Below are positions 30,001-37,516 of a stretch of 64,000 nt of DNA, one piece after another. The notes beneath the pieces were generated by a model. That model made no database searches and had not been told where the DNA came from. It saw only the letters and a program-made list of their open reading frames with translations. Every line of letters starts with the position of its first letter. Within the stretch, counting starts at the first letter, position 1. The position numbers were made by a program, and so were the translations under genes. Origin of the DNA: an uncultured Verrucomicrobiae bacterium (lineage in GTDB: Bacteria > Verrucomicrobiota > Verrucomicrobiia > Chthoniobacterales > UBA10450); the NCBI GenBank assembly GCA_963834385.1, contig CAWIBO010000005.1, forward strand, positions 448,001-512,000, in the 5' to 3' direction.

Positions 30001-30206
30001 TTTTTGTCGGCTCAGCCCATGCCGCCATGGTGGGCGACGGTCGCAAGGCGAGAAACGCGGAGGTCATCACCCTCTCCCTGACCTTTGATCACCGGATTGT
30101 GAATGGCGCGGGCGCGGCCAGTTTCGTCCATGAGATCAAGGAGCTGATCGAAAATTTCCAGCTTCCGGGCGCGAAGAAAAAAGCCGCCGCCAAAAGCAAG
30201 GGCTAG
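27084..30206 (+). CDS. Fused 2-oxoacid dehydrogenase E1alpha-E1beta-lipoyl-E2 acyltransferase (probably branched-chain specific)
   Basis: E1alpha PYYRD, GRQMPSH, GDAATRQG...EDNGYGIS, HTSSDD; E1beta FGEDI, NSPLAES, ELQFIDF, IDLRS; lipoyl ETDKA; E2 LGIAVA, ISSLG, LTFDHRIVNG; all in one uninterrupted ORF. Confidence 0.9.
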   Translation: MASLSKDDQLRLLTIMLESRHGDLREQNLNRQGKGHFHVSGMGHEALAAISYAMEEGDYICPYYRDRGLVLGRGVSSADLALDYFAKKQGQSHGRQMPSHFSYASHHIWSVPTPTGAQLLPACGIAWGIRLDGKKNIVVTTIGDAATRQGDFYEAVCFAKERKLPVLFVVEDNGYGISSPTRKINPRALDVLQPNDWREVDGTDVKAVYEAGQEAMAHMRAGKGPVFFWVMMERLSSHTSSDDQKLYRSAEELETLEERDPLRKWKERLIADGILTEEAYARLDQEVKERIRSEFSSAEKAEDPSADDLELEVRGEFAGKGDEVLPAGKYRIGDTINKTLHAGLKADSDRIVFGEDIEDPKGGVFRLTQRLSTDFPEQVFNSPLAESTIVGVACGLASYGKRPVFELQFIDFIGPAWNQVVTNLSTLRWRSFGTWKCPLVIYAPYGAYLPGGSLWHSQANEAPLAHFPGINVAIPSTPADAAGLLWSAMHAEDPTFILIPKHLLWAEHEYAEPIEAVPLGQARHVRNGREVTLVGWGNTIEKALEALEEIGDDISIDLIDLRSVAPWDRAAVERSVRKTGRLVVVQEDTENCSVGQMVISHIASQSELWESMISPPVLVSKGNVMIGYNPIYEYAALPDVKRIVAAVRQSMERKATRPGGTSAPPAKEPSRENTAGSSAPTREATPPAAPPQESKQRAQTVTVPIMGEGIRNAKVVSLLKKPGDAIELDDPLCELETDKAVYPVESSFAGVMGDWKVASGDTVEIGQDLGTILTGESGFADQMQDAAAASPGPKENGASQQSSSRIRQRAKSDGVEPALSATITRRLYSVIPANLQIDAEWDAIRKAREAAKKDQGGKAPSPSVMVAWAVTRAMEKHAPFRRQMTEEDRIIEKENFDLGIAVAMDDDRLATAVIADANKKSWEEFVRSFHETVEETRQGRVDAMNAPVVISSLGAFGVRAGAPIVVPPSVGTLFVGSAHAAMVGDGRKARNAEVITLSLTFDHRIVNGAGAASFVHEIKELIENFQLPGAKKKAAAKSKG

Positions 30207-31462
30207 CCGCCCGGTGCAGCAGGCTTGTCGCCCGGCGGCGGCGTTGGCGTCTGTTCCACGGGAAATTTGATCGCTTCCGCCAGGGCCGGATTGTTCCCGG
30301 CTACTTTCCGGAAGAAGAGATCATTCGCGCCGGCTCGGAACAGGCGGACCTGGTCACGGCTGCGCGCCTCCTCGATCAGCCGGATGGCTTCATTAATCTT
30401 GTTCTCCCGCAGACGCAGCGCGGCCTCGGTCAGCAGCCAGTCGATGCTGAGCGTTCCCTTCGCCTTTTCCTCCCCGAGAGCCGCCTCGAGCACGCCGGTT
30501 TCCCCCGCTTCGAGGCGGGCCAGGCGAATCTTGTACTGGCAGACCATCAGGTCCTGCTCGCTCGTGGCGCGGGCCGCGGCCTGCCGATACCAGGGGATGG
30601 CGTCGGAGGGTTTCTCCTCCATCCTGAGCGCTTCCCCGGCAAAGTAATGATATTCCGCCGTGAGCGGTTCGGTCTCGGCGGCGGCGGCGAAAAAGCGGTG
30701 CGCCGTGGGGAAATCGTTCCGGCGCAGGGCGATCAGGCCGCGGGAGAACTGCGCCTGGTGAACGTCTTCGCCGAAGGCAATGGCCCGCTCAAAGGCGGCG
30801 TCCGCGCCCACCAGTTCGCCGAGGTTGAAACTGATCCGGCCCACCCGGTAAAGAACGCCCCGGAGAAAAAGGTTTTTCTTCTTGGCCGCGATGAAAAGAT
30901 CGACCGCCTCGGACCAGCGCCGCTCGCGTTCCGCCGCAAACGCCTCCTCGATGAGCTGGTCCGGCCCTTTATCCGGAAACTTGTCGGCCACCGCCAGGTC
31001 GGGCTGCTGATACTTCTTCACAAATTGGTAGCGCCAGTAGTCGAAACGCTTGCCGACGTAGAAAACGGCCGCGAGCAGAACAAGGCCGCCGATCAGGAAA
31101 GCCACCGTCACGAACGCGGAACGGCTCGCCGTTTCCTTGTCGGGGCCGACTGCGCGCGGCTCCGCGCCCGCTGCGGGGCGCCCTTGGGAAGTGACGGCGG
31201 GCTTCTCGCCCTCCGCCGGCTCGGTGCGCCGTTCGGACATCACGCGTGGGCGCGGCGTGATCTTGGCGTGGGTCGGTTCCGGATGCGACGGCGGGGCCGG
31301 ATCCGCCCCGGGTTTTCCGGGCGCCTCCGCGGCGTCGCCGGGCGTCTCCGAAGGCTCCCGATGTTTCGGGGTCTGGAGAAACCGCCGCTGCTCCGGGGTG
31401 AGCGCGCTGCGGCGAAGGGGTTGTTCCTGCCCGGATGGGTCTTCGTGCTTGTCGTCCGCCAT
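30203..31462 (-). CDS. Membrane-anchored TPR-repeat protein
   Basis: Pro/Ala-rich N-terminus, one TM helix, repeated TPR-like helices (AFERAI, YHYFAGEAL, AIPWYRQA). Confidence 0.8.
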   Translation of the reverse strand: MADDKHEDPSGQEQPLRRSALTPEQRRFLQTPKHREPSETPGDAAEAPGKPGADPAPPSHPEPTHAKITPRPRVMSERRTEPAEGEKPAVTSQGRPAAGAEPRAVGPDKETASRSAFVTVAFLIGGLVLLAAVFYVGKRFDYWRYQFVKKYQQPDLAVADKFPDKGPDQLIEEAFAAERERRWSEAVDLFIAAKKKNLFLRGVLYRVGRISFNLGELVGADAAFERAIAFGEDVHQAQFSRGLIALRRNDFPTAHRFFAAAAETEPLTAEYHYFAGEALRMEEKPSDAIPWYRQAAARATSEQDLMVCQYKIRLARLEAGETGVLEAALGEEKAKGTLSIDWLLTEAALRLRENKINEAIRLIEEARSRDQVRLFRAGANDLFFRKVAGNNPALAEAIKFPVEQTPTPPPGDKPAAPGG

Positions 31463-31465
31463 GAG

Positions 31466-32230
31466 CTAATCCTGCCAGTTCGGGGGCCGCTTTTCGAGAA
31501 AAGCCGAGACTCCCTCGCTCGCCTCCGGCGATTCGCGCGCGGTCATGTGGTGTCGGAGGGCCGCCTCCACGTCCTCGCGCACCGTGCTTGACCAGAGTTC
31601 CTCGATGAGCCGTTTGCTGCTGGCCATGGCCATGGGCGCACCGAGCAGCGCCCGCTCGACAATCTCCTGCACCGCGGCTTCCAGCCTCTCCGCCTCCACC
31701 ACCCGGTTGACCAGGCCCATCGCGCGCGCGCGTTCCGCGTCGATCAGTTCAGCCTCAAGCAGCAGTTCGCGCAGGTCGCGTTCCCGCAACTGGCGCCGGA
31801 GAAAAGTCATGACCAGTCCGGCGACGAGCCCGCGCCGGACCTCCGGGTAACCAATCCGGGTGCCCGCCGCCGCCACCACGAAATCACAGGCAGACATCAG
31901 GCCGGCCCCGCCCGCGACAGCCGCGCCGTGCACGGCGGCGATCGTAACCAGCCTCGTCTCCGCCAGCGCCAGCAAAACAGCCGCCACCGCCTCGCCCGAA
32001 GCGTGGGCTTTTTCCTTCTGCGCGGTTTCCTTGAGATCGAGCCCGGCGCAAAAGGCGGGCCCGGCCCCGCGCAGGATCAGGACGCGCTGCCTGGGATCGC
32101 TCTCCGCGGTCTGCACCGCTTCGGTCAGGTTCGTCATCAACTCGATGGTGAGCGCGTTACGACGCTCCGGGCGATTCAAGGTCAGAACCGTGACCTGGGG
32201 AGTTTGTTTTTCGACGAGGACGACAGACAT
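31466..32230 (-). CDS. Enoyl-CoA hydratase/isomerase (methylglutaconyl-CoA hydratase-like)
   Basis: LNRPERRNAL, FCAGLDL, AVAGGAGL, PEVRRGL, AFLEKRPP; flanked by leucine-catabolism genes. Confidence 0.88.
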   Translation of the reverse strand: MSVVLVEKQTPQVTVLTLNRPERRNALTIELMTNLTEAVQTAESDPRQRVLILRGAGPAFCAGLDLKETAQKEKAHASGEAVAAVLLALAETRLVTIAAVHGAAVAGGAGLMSACDFVVAAAGTRIGYPEVRRGLVAGLVMTFLRRQLRERDLRELLLEAELIDAERARAMGLVNRVVEAERLEAAVQEIVERALLGAPMAMASSKRLIEELWSSTVREDVEAALRHHMTARESPEASEGVSAFLEKRPPNWQD

Positions 32231-32261
32231 GCTTTACTTTAGCCCGCCCAGTAATCCCGTC

Positions 32262-33119
32262 ATGACCCGATCCGTCAAGCTCATCGAATGTCCACGCGAC
32301 GCGTGGCAGGGGTTGGCGCATCTCATCCCGACGGAAAGAAAGGCGGAATATTTGCGCGCGCTGGTCGAAGCAGGATTTCGTCACCTTGATGCGGTCAGCT
32401 TTGTTTCGCCGAAGGCGGTGCCGCAGATGGCCGACAGCGAAGAAGTGCTGAAGCTGCTCGGCCGGCCGGCTGGGGTCGAGGTGATCGGCATTGTGGTGAA
32501 CGAGAAAGGCGCGGAGCGCGCGATCAGCACCGGAGCGGTGAGCACGCTCGGTTATCCGTTCTCGATATCCGGGACGTTTCTCCAGCGCAACCAGAAGCAG
32601 ACGCGGGCGGAAAGTGAGAAAATGCTGGAGCGCATCCGGCACCTGGCCGCGGACGCCGGGCTGCAAACGGTGGCCTACATTTCCATGGCCTTCGGCAATC
32701 CCTACGGTGACCCCTGGGACGAGGGGGCCGTGGCCGATGCCGTCCGCCTGCTCGCGAGCTTCGGCGTGGAGGCCATTTCGCTCGCCGACACGGTGGGCGC
32801 GGCCGGGGAGGACCTGATCCGGCGGGTGGTGGAGCGCGCCCTGCCCGAGTGCGGGAACAGCGAACTCGGTGTGCACCTGCACAGCCGCGCGGGAGAAGCG
32901 CGATCGCGGATCCTGGCCGCCTATGATGCGGGCTGCCGCCGTTTCGACTCGGCCCTGGGGGGACTGGGCGGCTGCCCGTTCGCGCAGGACTCGATGGTGG
33001 GAAACATTCCGACGGAAGAATTGCTGGGCGCGCTTCGGGATCGCAACGCCGTGCCTGATCCAGAGCCCGACCTGGGCCCGGCGATCACCTTGAATCGGGA
33101 GATTGCGGGCGTTGCCTAG
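32262..33119 (+). CDS. Hydroxymethylglutaryl-CoA lyase
   Basis: ECPRDAWQG, SFVSPKAVPQMAD, LADTVG, HLH, GLGGCPFA. Confidence 0.92.
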   Translation: MTRSVKLIECPRDAWQGLAHLIPTERKAEYLRALVEAGFRHLDAVSFVSPKAVPQMADSEEVLKLLGRPAGVEVIGIVVNEKGAERAISTGAVSTLGYPFSISGTFLQRNQKQTRAESEKMLERIRHLAADAGLQTVAYISMAFGNPYGDPWDEGAVADAVRLLASFGVEAISLADTVGAAGEDLIRRVVERALPECGNSELGVHLHSRAGEARSRILAAYDAGCRRFDSALGGLGGCPFAQDSMVGNIPTEELLGALRDRNAVPDPEPDLGPAITLNREIAGVA

Positions 33120-34744
33120 ACCTGGACCACGCCGGTATGGAAACGCGCCCGCGGCATCGGGCGGGAGACATACTCAAGCAGACGGTCGAGGACGTCGCGC
33201 GTCTCGTGCGGCTGAATGATGGCGTCGATCCAGCCGCGCGCGGCGCCGTAGCGCACATCGGTCTGTTCCTCGTAGGAACGTTTTACCCGGGCGCGCAGTT
33301 CCTCGAGCTCCTCCGGCGATGACTTTTTGTCGCCGCGGTCGCGGGCTCGCGCGAGGATGCTGAAAACCGTGTCGGACGCCTGGGCCGCGCCCATGACGGC
33401 ATAACGGGCGTTGGGCCAGGCAATGAGAAAGCGCGGGTCGTAGGCCTTGCCGCAGAGGGCATAGTTGCCGGCACCAAAGGAACCGCCCACCACCACGGTG
33501 ATTTTCGGAACCACGGAATTGCTGACCGCGTTGACCAGCTTGGCCCCGCTCCGGATGATCCCGCTCTGTTCCGCGTCCTTTCCGACCATGAACCCGGTGA
33601 CATCCTGGAAAAAAATGATCGGAAGACCGGTCTGGTTGCAATCCATCACAAAACGCGCCGCCTTGTCGGCGCTGTCGGCATAGATCACGCCGCCCATCTG
33701 GATGCCTTCCTTTTTCGTTCGCACCTGCAGGCGCTGGTTCGCCACGATGCCAACCGGCCGGCCGCCGATCCGGGCGTAGGCGGTCACCAGCGTCTTGCCG
33801 TAGTCCGCCTTGTATTCGTCCAGGGAATCGGGGTCAATTACCGTGGCAAGCAGATCGCGCATGTCGTACGGCTTGGACCCGTCGGCGCTGATCAACTCGT
33901 AAACCGTCGCGGGATCCTTGCCTGGACCGGTGTTTTTTGCGGGAGCCTTCGTCTTCTTCGCCTGCTCGGCTTCGGGCAACAGCGCCATGAGCGAACGAAT
34001 CCGTTTCAGGCAGGAAGGATCATCCTTCTCGTAAAAATCGACCGTGCCGCTGATCTCCGAGTGCATGTGCGCCCCGCCCAGTTCCTCGGCTTCCACGATC
34101 TGCCCGATGGCCGCCTTGACCAGCGACGGCCCGGCAAGGTAAAGGCCGCTTCCCTGCGTCATCAGGATTTTGTCGCACAAGACCGGGAGGTAGGCGCCGC
34201 CGGCGACGCAGTTGCCCATGATGGCGGCAAACTGCGGGATGCCCGCGGCGGAAATGACGGAGTTATTGCGAAAGATGCGCCCGAAATCGTCTTCATCGGG
34301 AAAAATCTCGTCCTGCAGGGGGAGGAACACGCCGGCGGAATCGACCAGGTAAATCAGCGGAAGATTGCTCTCGAAGGCGACGCGCTGGGCCCGGATGAGT
34401 TTCTTGGCCGTCTGGGGAAAGAAGGCCCCGGCTTTCACACTGGCGTCGTTGGCCACGATCATGCAGGGAACACCCGAGACCCGGCCAATGCCGGCGACGG
34501 CGCCGGCGGCGGGGACGCTGCCCCAATCCGGATACATTTTGTAGGCGGCCCAGAGGCCGAGCTCGAAGAAAGGGGTGTTTTTATCGAGCAACAAAGCCAG
34601 GCGCTCGCGGGCGCTAAGGCGGCCGAGTTTGTGCTGGCGTTCCTGGCCAGCCTTGCCCCCACCTTCGCGCAGGAGAGCTTCCTCCTTGGCGATGGCGGCG
34701 CAGACGTCGCGCAAGCTGGTCTTGGGTGCGGAAGCAGAGGCCAT
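33116..34744 (-). CDS. Acyl-CoA carboxylase beta subunit (methylcrotonyl-CoA carboxylase-like)
   Basis: ARERL, LVDSAGVFLPLQ, MGNCVAGGAY, QDVTGFMVG, GSFGAGNY. Confidence 0.9.
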   Translation of the reverse strand: MASASAPKTSLRDVCAAIAKEEALLREGGGKAGQERQHKLGRLSARERLALLLDKNTPFFELGLWAAYKMYPDWGSVPAAGAVAGIGRVSGVPCMIVANDASVKAGAFFPQTAKKLIRAQRVAFESNLPLIYLVDSAGVFLPLQDEIFPDEDDFGRIFRNNSVISAAGIPQFAAIMGNCVAGGAYLPVLCDKILMTQGSGLYLAGPSLVKAAIGQIVEAEELGGAHMHSEISGTVDFYEKDDPSCLKRIRSLMALLPEAEQAKKTKAPAKNTGPGKDPATVYELISADGSKPYDMRDLLATVIDPDSLDEYKADYGKTLVTAYARIGGRPVGIVANQRLQVRTKKEGIQMGGVIYADSADKAARFVMDCNQTGLPIIFFQDVTGFMVGKDAEQSGIIRSGAKLVNAVSNSVVPKITVVVGGSFGAGNYALCGKAYDPRFLIAWPNARYAVMGAAQASDTVFSILARARDRGDKKSSPEELEELRARVKRSYEEQTDVRYGAARGWIDAIIQPHETRDVLDRLLEYVSRPMPRARFHTGVVQV

Positions 34745-34811
34745 GGAACGGATGCACGCTTAATCCGCGCGCGGGCCCGAAGCAAGCGGAGTCGCAGTCC
34801 CGCGGCGCGAA

Positions 34812-35114
34812 CTAGTAGATATCGATCTCCGAGCGGTAACCGGAATCGCCACGGATGCTGCGGAGCCGGTTGCGGCTGCCGCGCTCGGTTTCAGGGCGAT
34901 TGATGCGTTCCAGCGCGACCTTGACGAGGAAAGGGAGGGCGGCGAGGGCGCCGACGGAGACGAGCGCGATGGCGGCGGCCTGGCGCACGGGGCGCGCAAA
35001 CTTGTCCGCCACCAGCATGCCCACGCCCAGGCCCAGCGCGGTGCGCGTGAGCGACAGCAGGCCGTCGAGCGGCAGCTGATCGGGGGTTTTTGGCATGGAT
35101 AACGAAATAGACAT
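34812..35114 (-). CDS. Small hypothetical membrane protein (start 35114 or 35096)
   Basis: Two hydrophobic segments; fills the gap between the carboxylase gene and manC. Confidence 0.7.
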   Translation of the reverse strand: MSISLSMPKTPDQLPLDGLLSLTRTALGLGVGMLVADKFARPVRQAAAIALVSVGALAALPFLVKVALERINRPETERGSRNRLRSIRGDSGYRSEIDIY

Positions 35115-35193
35115 CGCCTACCCTTATACGGTCCGATTCCAAAAAAGAAACGGGAAATTCTTCATTCGTGCGCGGCGCTGAACATAAGGTTTG

Positions 35194-36261
35194 ATGGCTA
35201 ATTCGCTTTACGCGCTCATCCTTGCCGGGGGCAGTGGGGAACGCTTCTGGCCGCTCAGCCGCCGGGCCAAACCAAAGCAACTGTTGCGCCTCGTCTCCGG
35301 CCAGACGCTTCTCGAGGAGACCATCAGCCGCCTCGATGGGCTGGTTCCGCCCGAAAAAATCCTCGTCCTGACCAACACCGACCAGGAGCAGGCGGTCCGG
35401 GCGCTCCTCCCGAAATTTCCCGCCGGCAACATCGTGGCGGAGCCCGCCAAGCGGGACACCGCCGCGGCTGTGGCCCTCGGCGTCGGCTGGGTTTCCGCCC
35501 GCGATCCCGGCGCCACCATGATGGTTCTGCCGGCCGATCACGTCATCCGGGACGCGGAAGGATTCCGGTCCACCCTGGCCGGCGCGGCGCGCGCCGCGGA
35601 AGAGCATTCCGCGCTGGTCACCATCGGCATCAAGCCGTCGTGGGCCTGCCCCGGCTTCGGCTACATCGAGATGGGCAAGGAAGCCCGCGTGCGGGAGGCC
35701 ACCACAGCAGTGCACCACGTCGCGCGGTTCCGGGAGAAACCGAACGCCGACCTGGCCGAGACTTTTCTCCGGCAGGGCACGTTTCGCTGGAATGCCGGCA
35801 TGTTTCTCTGGTCCGTCCCGACCGTGATCAGCGAGTTCAACCGGCACACGCCCGCGCTGGGCCGATTCATCGCCGCCGTGCACGGGGCCAAGGATCTCCC
35901 GCGTCTTCTCGGGGATGAATTCGCGAAGCTGCCGAAGATTTCCTTCGATTACGCCATCATGGAACATGCCGAGCGGGTCCTCATGGTGGAGGCGGGCTTT
36001 GACTGGGATGACGTCGGCAGCTGGACCGCGGTGGCTCGTTACTTCCAGAAGGACGGGGAGGAAAACGCGGCCAACTGCCATCTGACCGCGTCCGATTCGA
36101 CCAACAACATCGTTTTCGACGAAAGCGGCGGGAGCGTGGCCCTGCTCGGCGTGCACAACCTCATCGTCGTGCGCACCGGTGATGCCATTCTCATCTGTCA
36201 CCGCCACCAGGCCGAGAAGATCAAGGAACTGGTGGGACGCATTCCGCCGGAGCTGCAGTAG
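35194..36261 (+). CDS. manC: Mannose-1-phosphate guanylyltransferase
   Basis: ILAGGSGERFWPLSR, PKQ, EPAKRDTA, PADH, WNAGMF, ISFDYAIME, WDDVGSW. Confidence 0.94.
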   Translation: MANSLYALILAGGSGERFWPLSRRAKPKQLLRLVSGQTLLEETISRLDGLVPPEKILVLTNTDQEQAVRALLPKFPAGNIVAEPAKRDTAAAVALGVGWVSARDPGATMMVLPADHVIRDAEGFRSTLAGAARAAEEHSALVTIGIKPSWACPGFGYIEMGKEARVREATTAVHHVARFREKPNADLAETFLRQGTFRWNAGMFLWSVPTVISEFNRHTPALGRFIAAVHGAKDLPRLLGDEFAKLPKISFDYAIMEHAERVLMVEAGFDWDDVGSWTAVARYFQKDGEENAANCHLTASDSTNNIVFDESGGSVALLGVHNLIVVRTGDAILICHRHQAEKIKELVGRIPPELQ

Positions 36262-36263
36262 AG

Positions 36264-36701
36264 ATGAAACGGATCCTCGGGATCGATTTCGGCAGTGTTC
36301 GGGTGGGCCTCGCCCTTTCCGACGAACTGCAGATGCTGGCGCATCCGCTCGAAACCGTGGCGGCCGTGCCGGAGAAAGCCCTGCTCGCCCGTCTTTCCTC
36401 CCTGGTCACGGAGAAGGAGGTTGAGCGGGTCGTGGTGGGACATCCGCGAAACATGGACGGGACCTACGGGCCGGCCGCGGAGGGCGCGAAGGCGTTCGCC
36501 GAAAAGCTCCGGGGCCAGGTCGCGCCGGAGGTGATTCTCTGGGATGAACGCCTGACCAGCGTGGCGGCCAACCGCGCCGTCCGGGAAAGTGGACGCTCCA
36601 CGCGTGAGTCGCGCCAGTTCATCGACCAGGTCGCGGCGCAAATGATCCTGCAGGGATATCTCGACCGCCAGGCCGCCGCGGCCGGACCCGGTGGGGCATG
36701 A
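36264..36701 (+). CDS. ruvX: Holliday junction resolvase-like protein RuvX/YqgF
   Basis: LGIDFG..RVGLALSD, VVGHP, WDERLTS, IDQVAAQMILQGYLD. Confidence 0.93.
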   Translation: MKRILGIDFGSVRVGLALSDELQMLAHPLETVAAVPEKALLARLSSLVTEKEVERVVVGHPRNMDGTYGPAAEGAKAFAEKLRGQVAPEVILWDERLTSVAANRAVRESGRSTRESRQFIDQVAAQMILQGYLDRQAAAAGPGGA

Positions 36702-37438
36702 GAAGACTCAAGCTCACGCTCTCCTATCACGGCGCGGAGTTCAGCGGCTGGCAAAGCCAGGCCGACGGCAATGCCGTGCAGGATCATCTGGAAGCGGCCT
36801 TCCGCAAGATTCTTGACCGGCCGGTGCGGGTCCATGGCTCGGGCCGGACCGACAGCGGGGTGCACGCGCTCGGCCAGGTGGCCCATGTGGATCTGCCGGA
36901 CGCGCGCCGGAGCCCGGAGCGGTGGCTGGAAGCCCTGAACGGTCTCCTGCCGCGCGCGATTCGGATCGTGCGCAGCCGGTTTGTCCCTGATTCGTTTCAC
37001 GCCCGCTTTTCCGCCCGGGGGAAGGTTTACCGCTATCAGATCTGGGCTGCGCCTGTGGCCTCGCCCTTCGAGGCGGACCGTTCCTGGCACGTCCGGAGGC
37101 CGCTGGACGGGCAGGCGCTGGCCCGGGCCGCTTTTTTTTTCCAGGGAACGCACGATTTTGCCGGTTTCGCCGCCAACAGGGGAAAGAAGGAAGAAAGCAC
37201 CGTGCGCACGATTCACCGGATGCGTGTGACCTCCTCCGGCGCGCGCGTGCGTATCGAACTCGATGGGAACGGTTTCCTTTACAAGATGGCGCGCCTGATG
37301 GTGGGGATGATGGTGCAATGCGCCACCGGAAAACTGCCGGTGACGGCGGTGGAAGAGGCCCTGCGGAACCCGGCAGCAAAACACCCCCGGCTGGTGGCCC
37401 CGGCAGAGGGTCTTTTCCTCGTGCGGGTGCGGTACTGA
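36698..37438 (+). CDS. truA: tRNA pseudouridine(38-40) synthase
   Basis: GWQSQ, GSGRTDSGVHA, FHARF, GTHDF, GFLYKMAR, APAEGL. Confidence 0.95.
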   Translation: MRRLKLTLSYHGAEFSGWQSQADGNAVQDHLEAAFRKILDRPVRVHGSGRTDSGVHALGQVAHVDLPDARRSPERWLEALNGLLPRAIRIVRSRFVPDSFHARFSARGKVYRYQIWAAPVASPFEADRSWHVRRPLDGQALARAAFFFQGTHDFAGFAANRGKKEESTVRTIHRMRVTSSGARVRIELDGNGFLYKMARLMVGMMVQCATGKLPVTAVEEALRNPAAKHPRLVAPAEGLFLVRVRY

Positions 37439-37516
37439 GATTGCTACGGGGAAGGCTCTCCAGGCGAGCGGCGGCGGGTGTCGGCGTGGCAGGAGACCTG
37501 CTTTGTGGAAATTTTA

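Noticed and set aside
30085..30110. Asn in place of Asp in the E2 motif (DHRIVNG) as a sign of inactivity
   Set aside because: The Asn variant occurs in active E2 enzymes such as Azotobacter E2p, and the catalytic His is retained.
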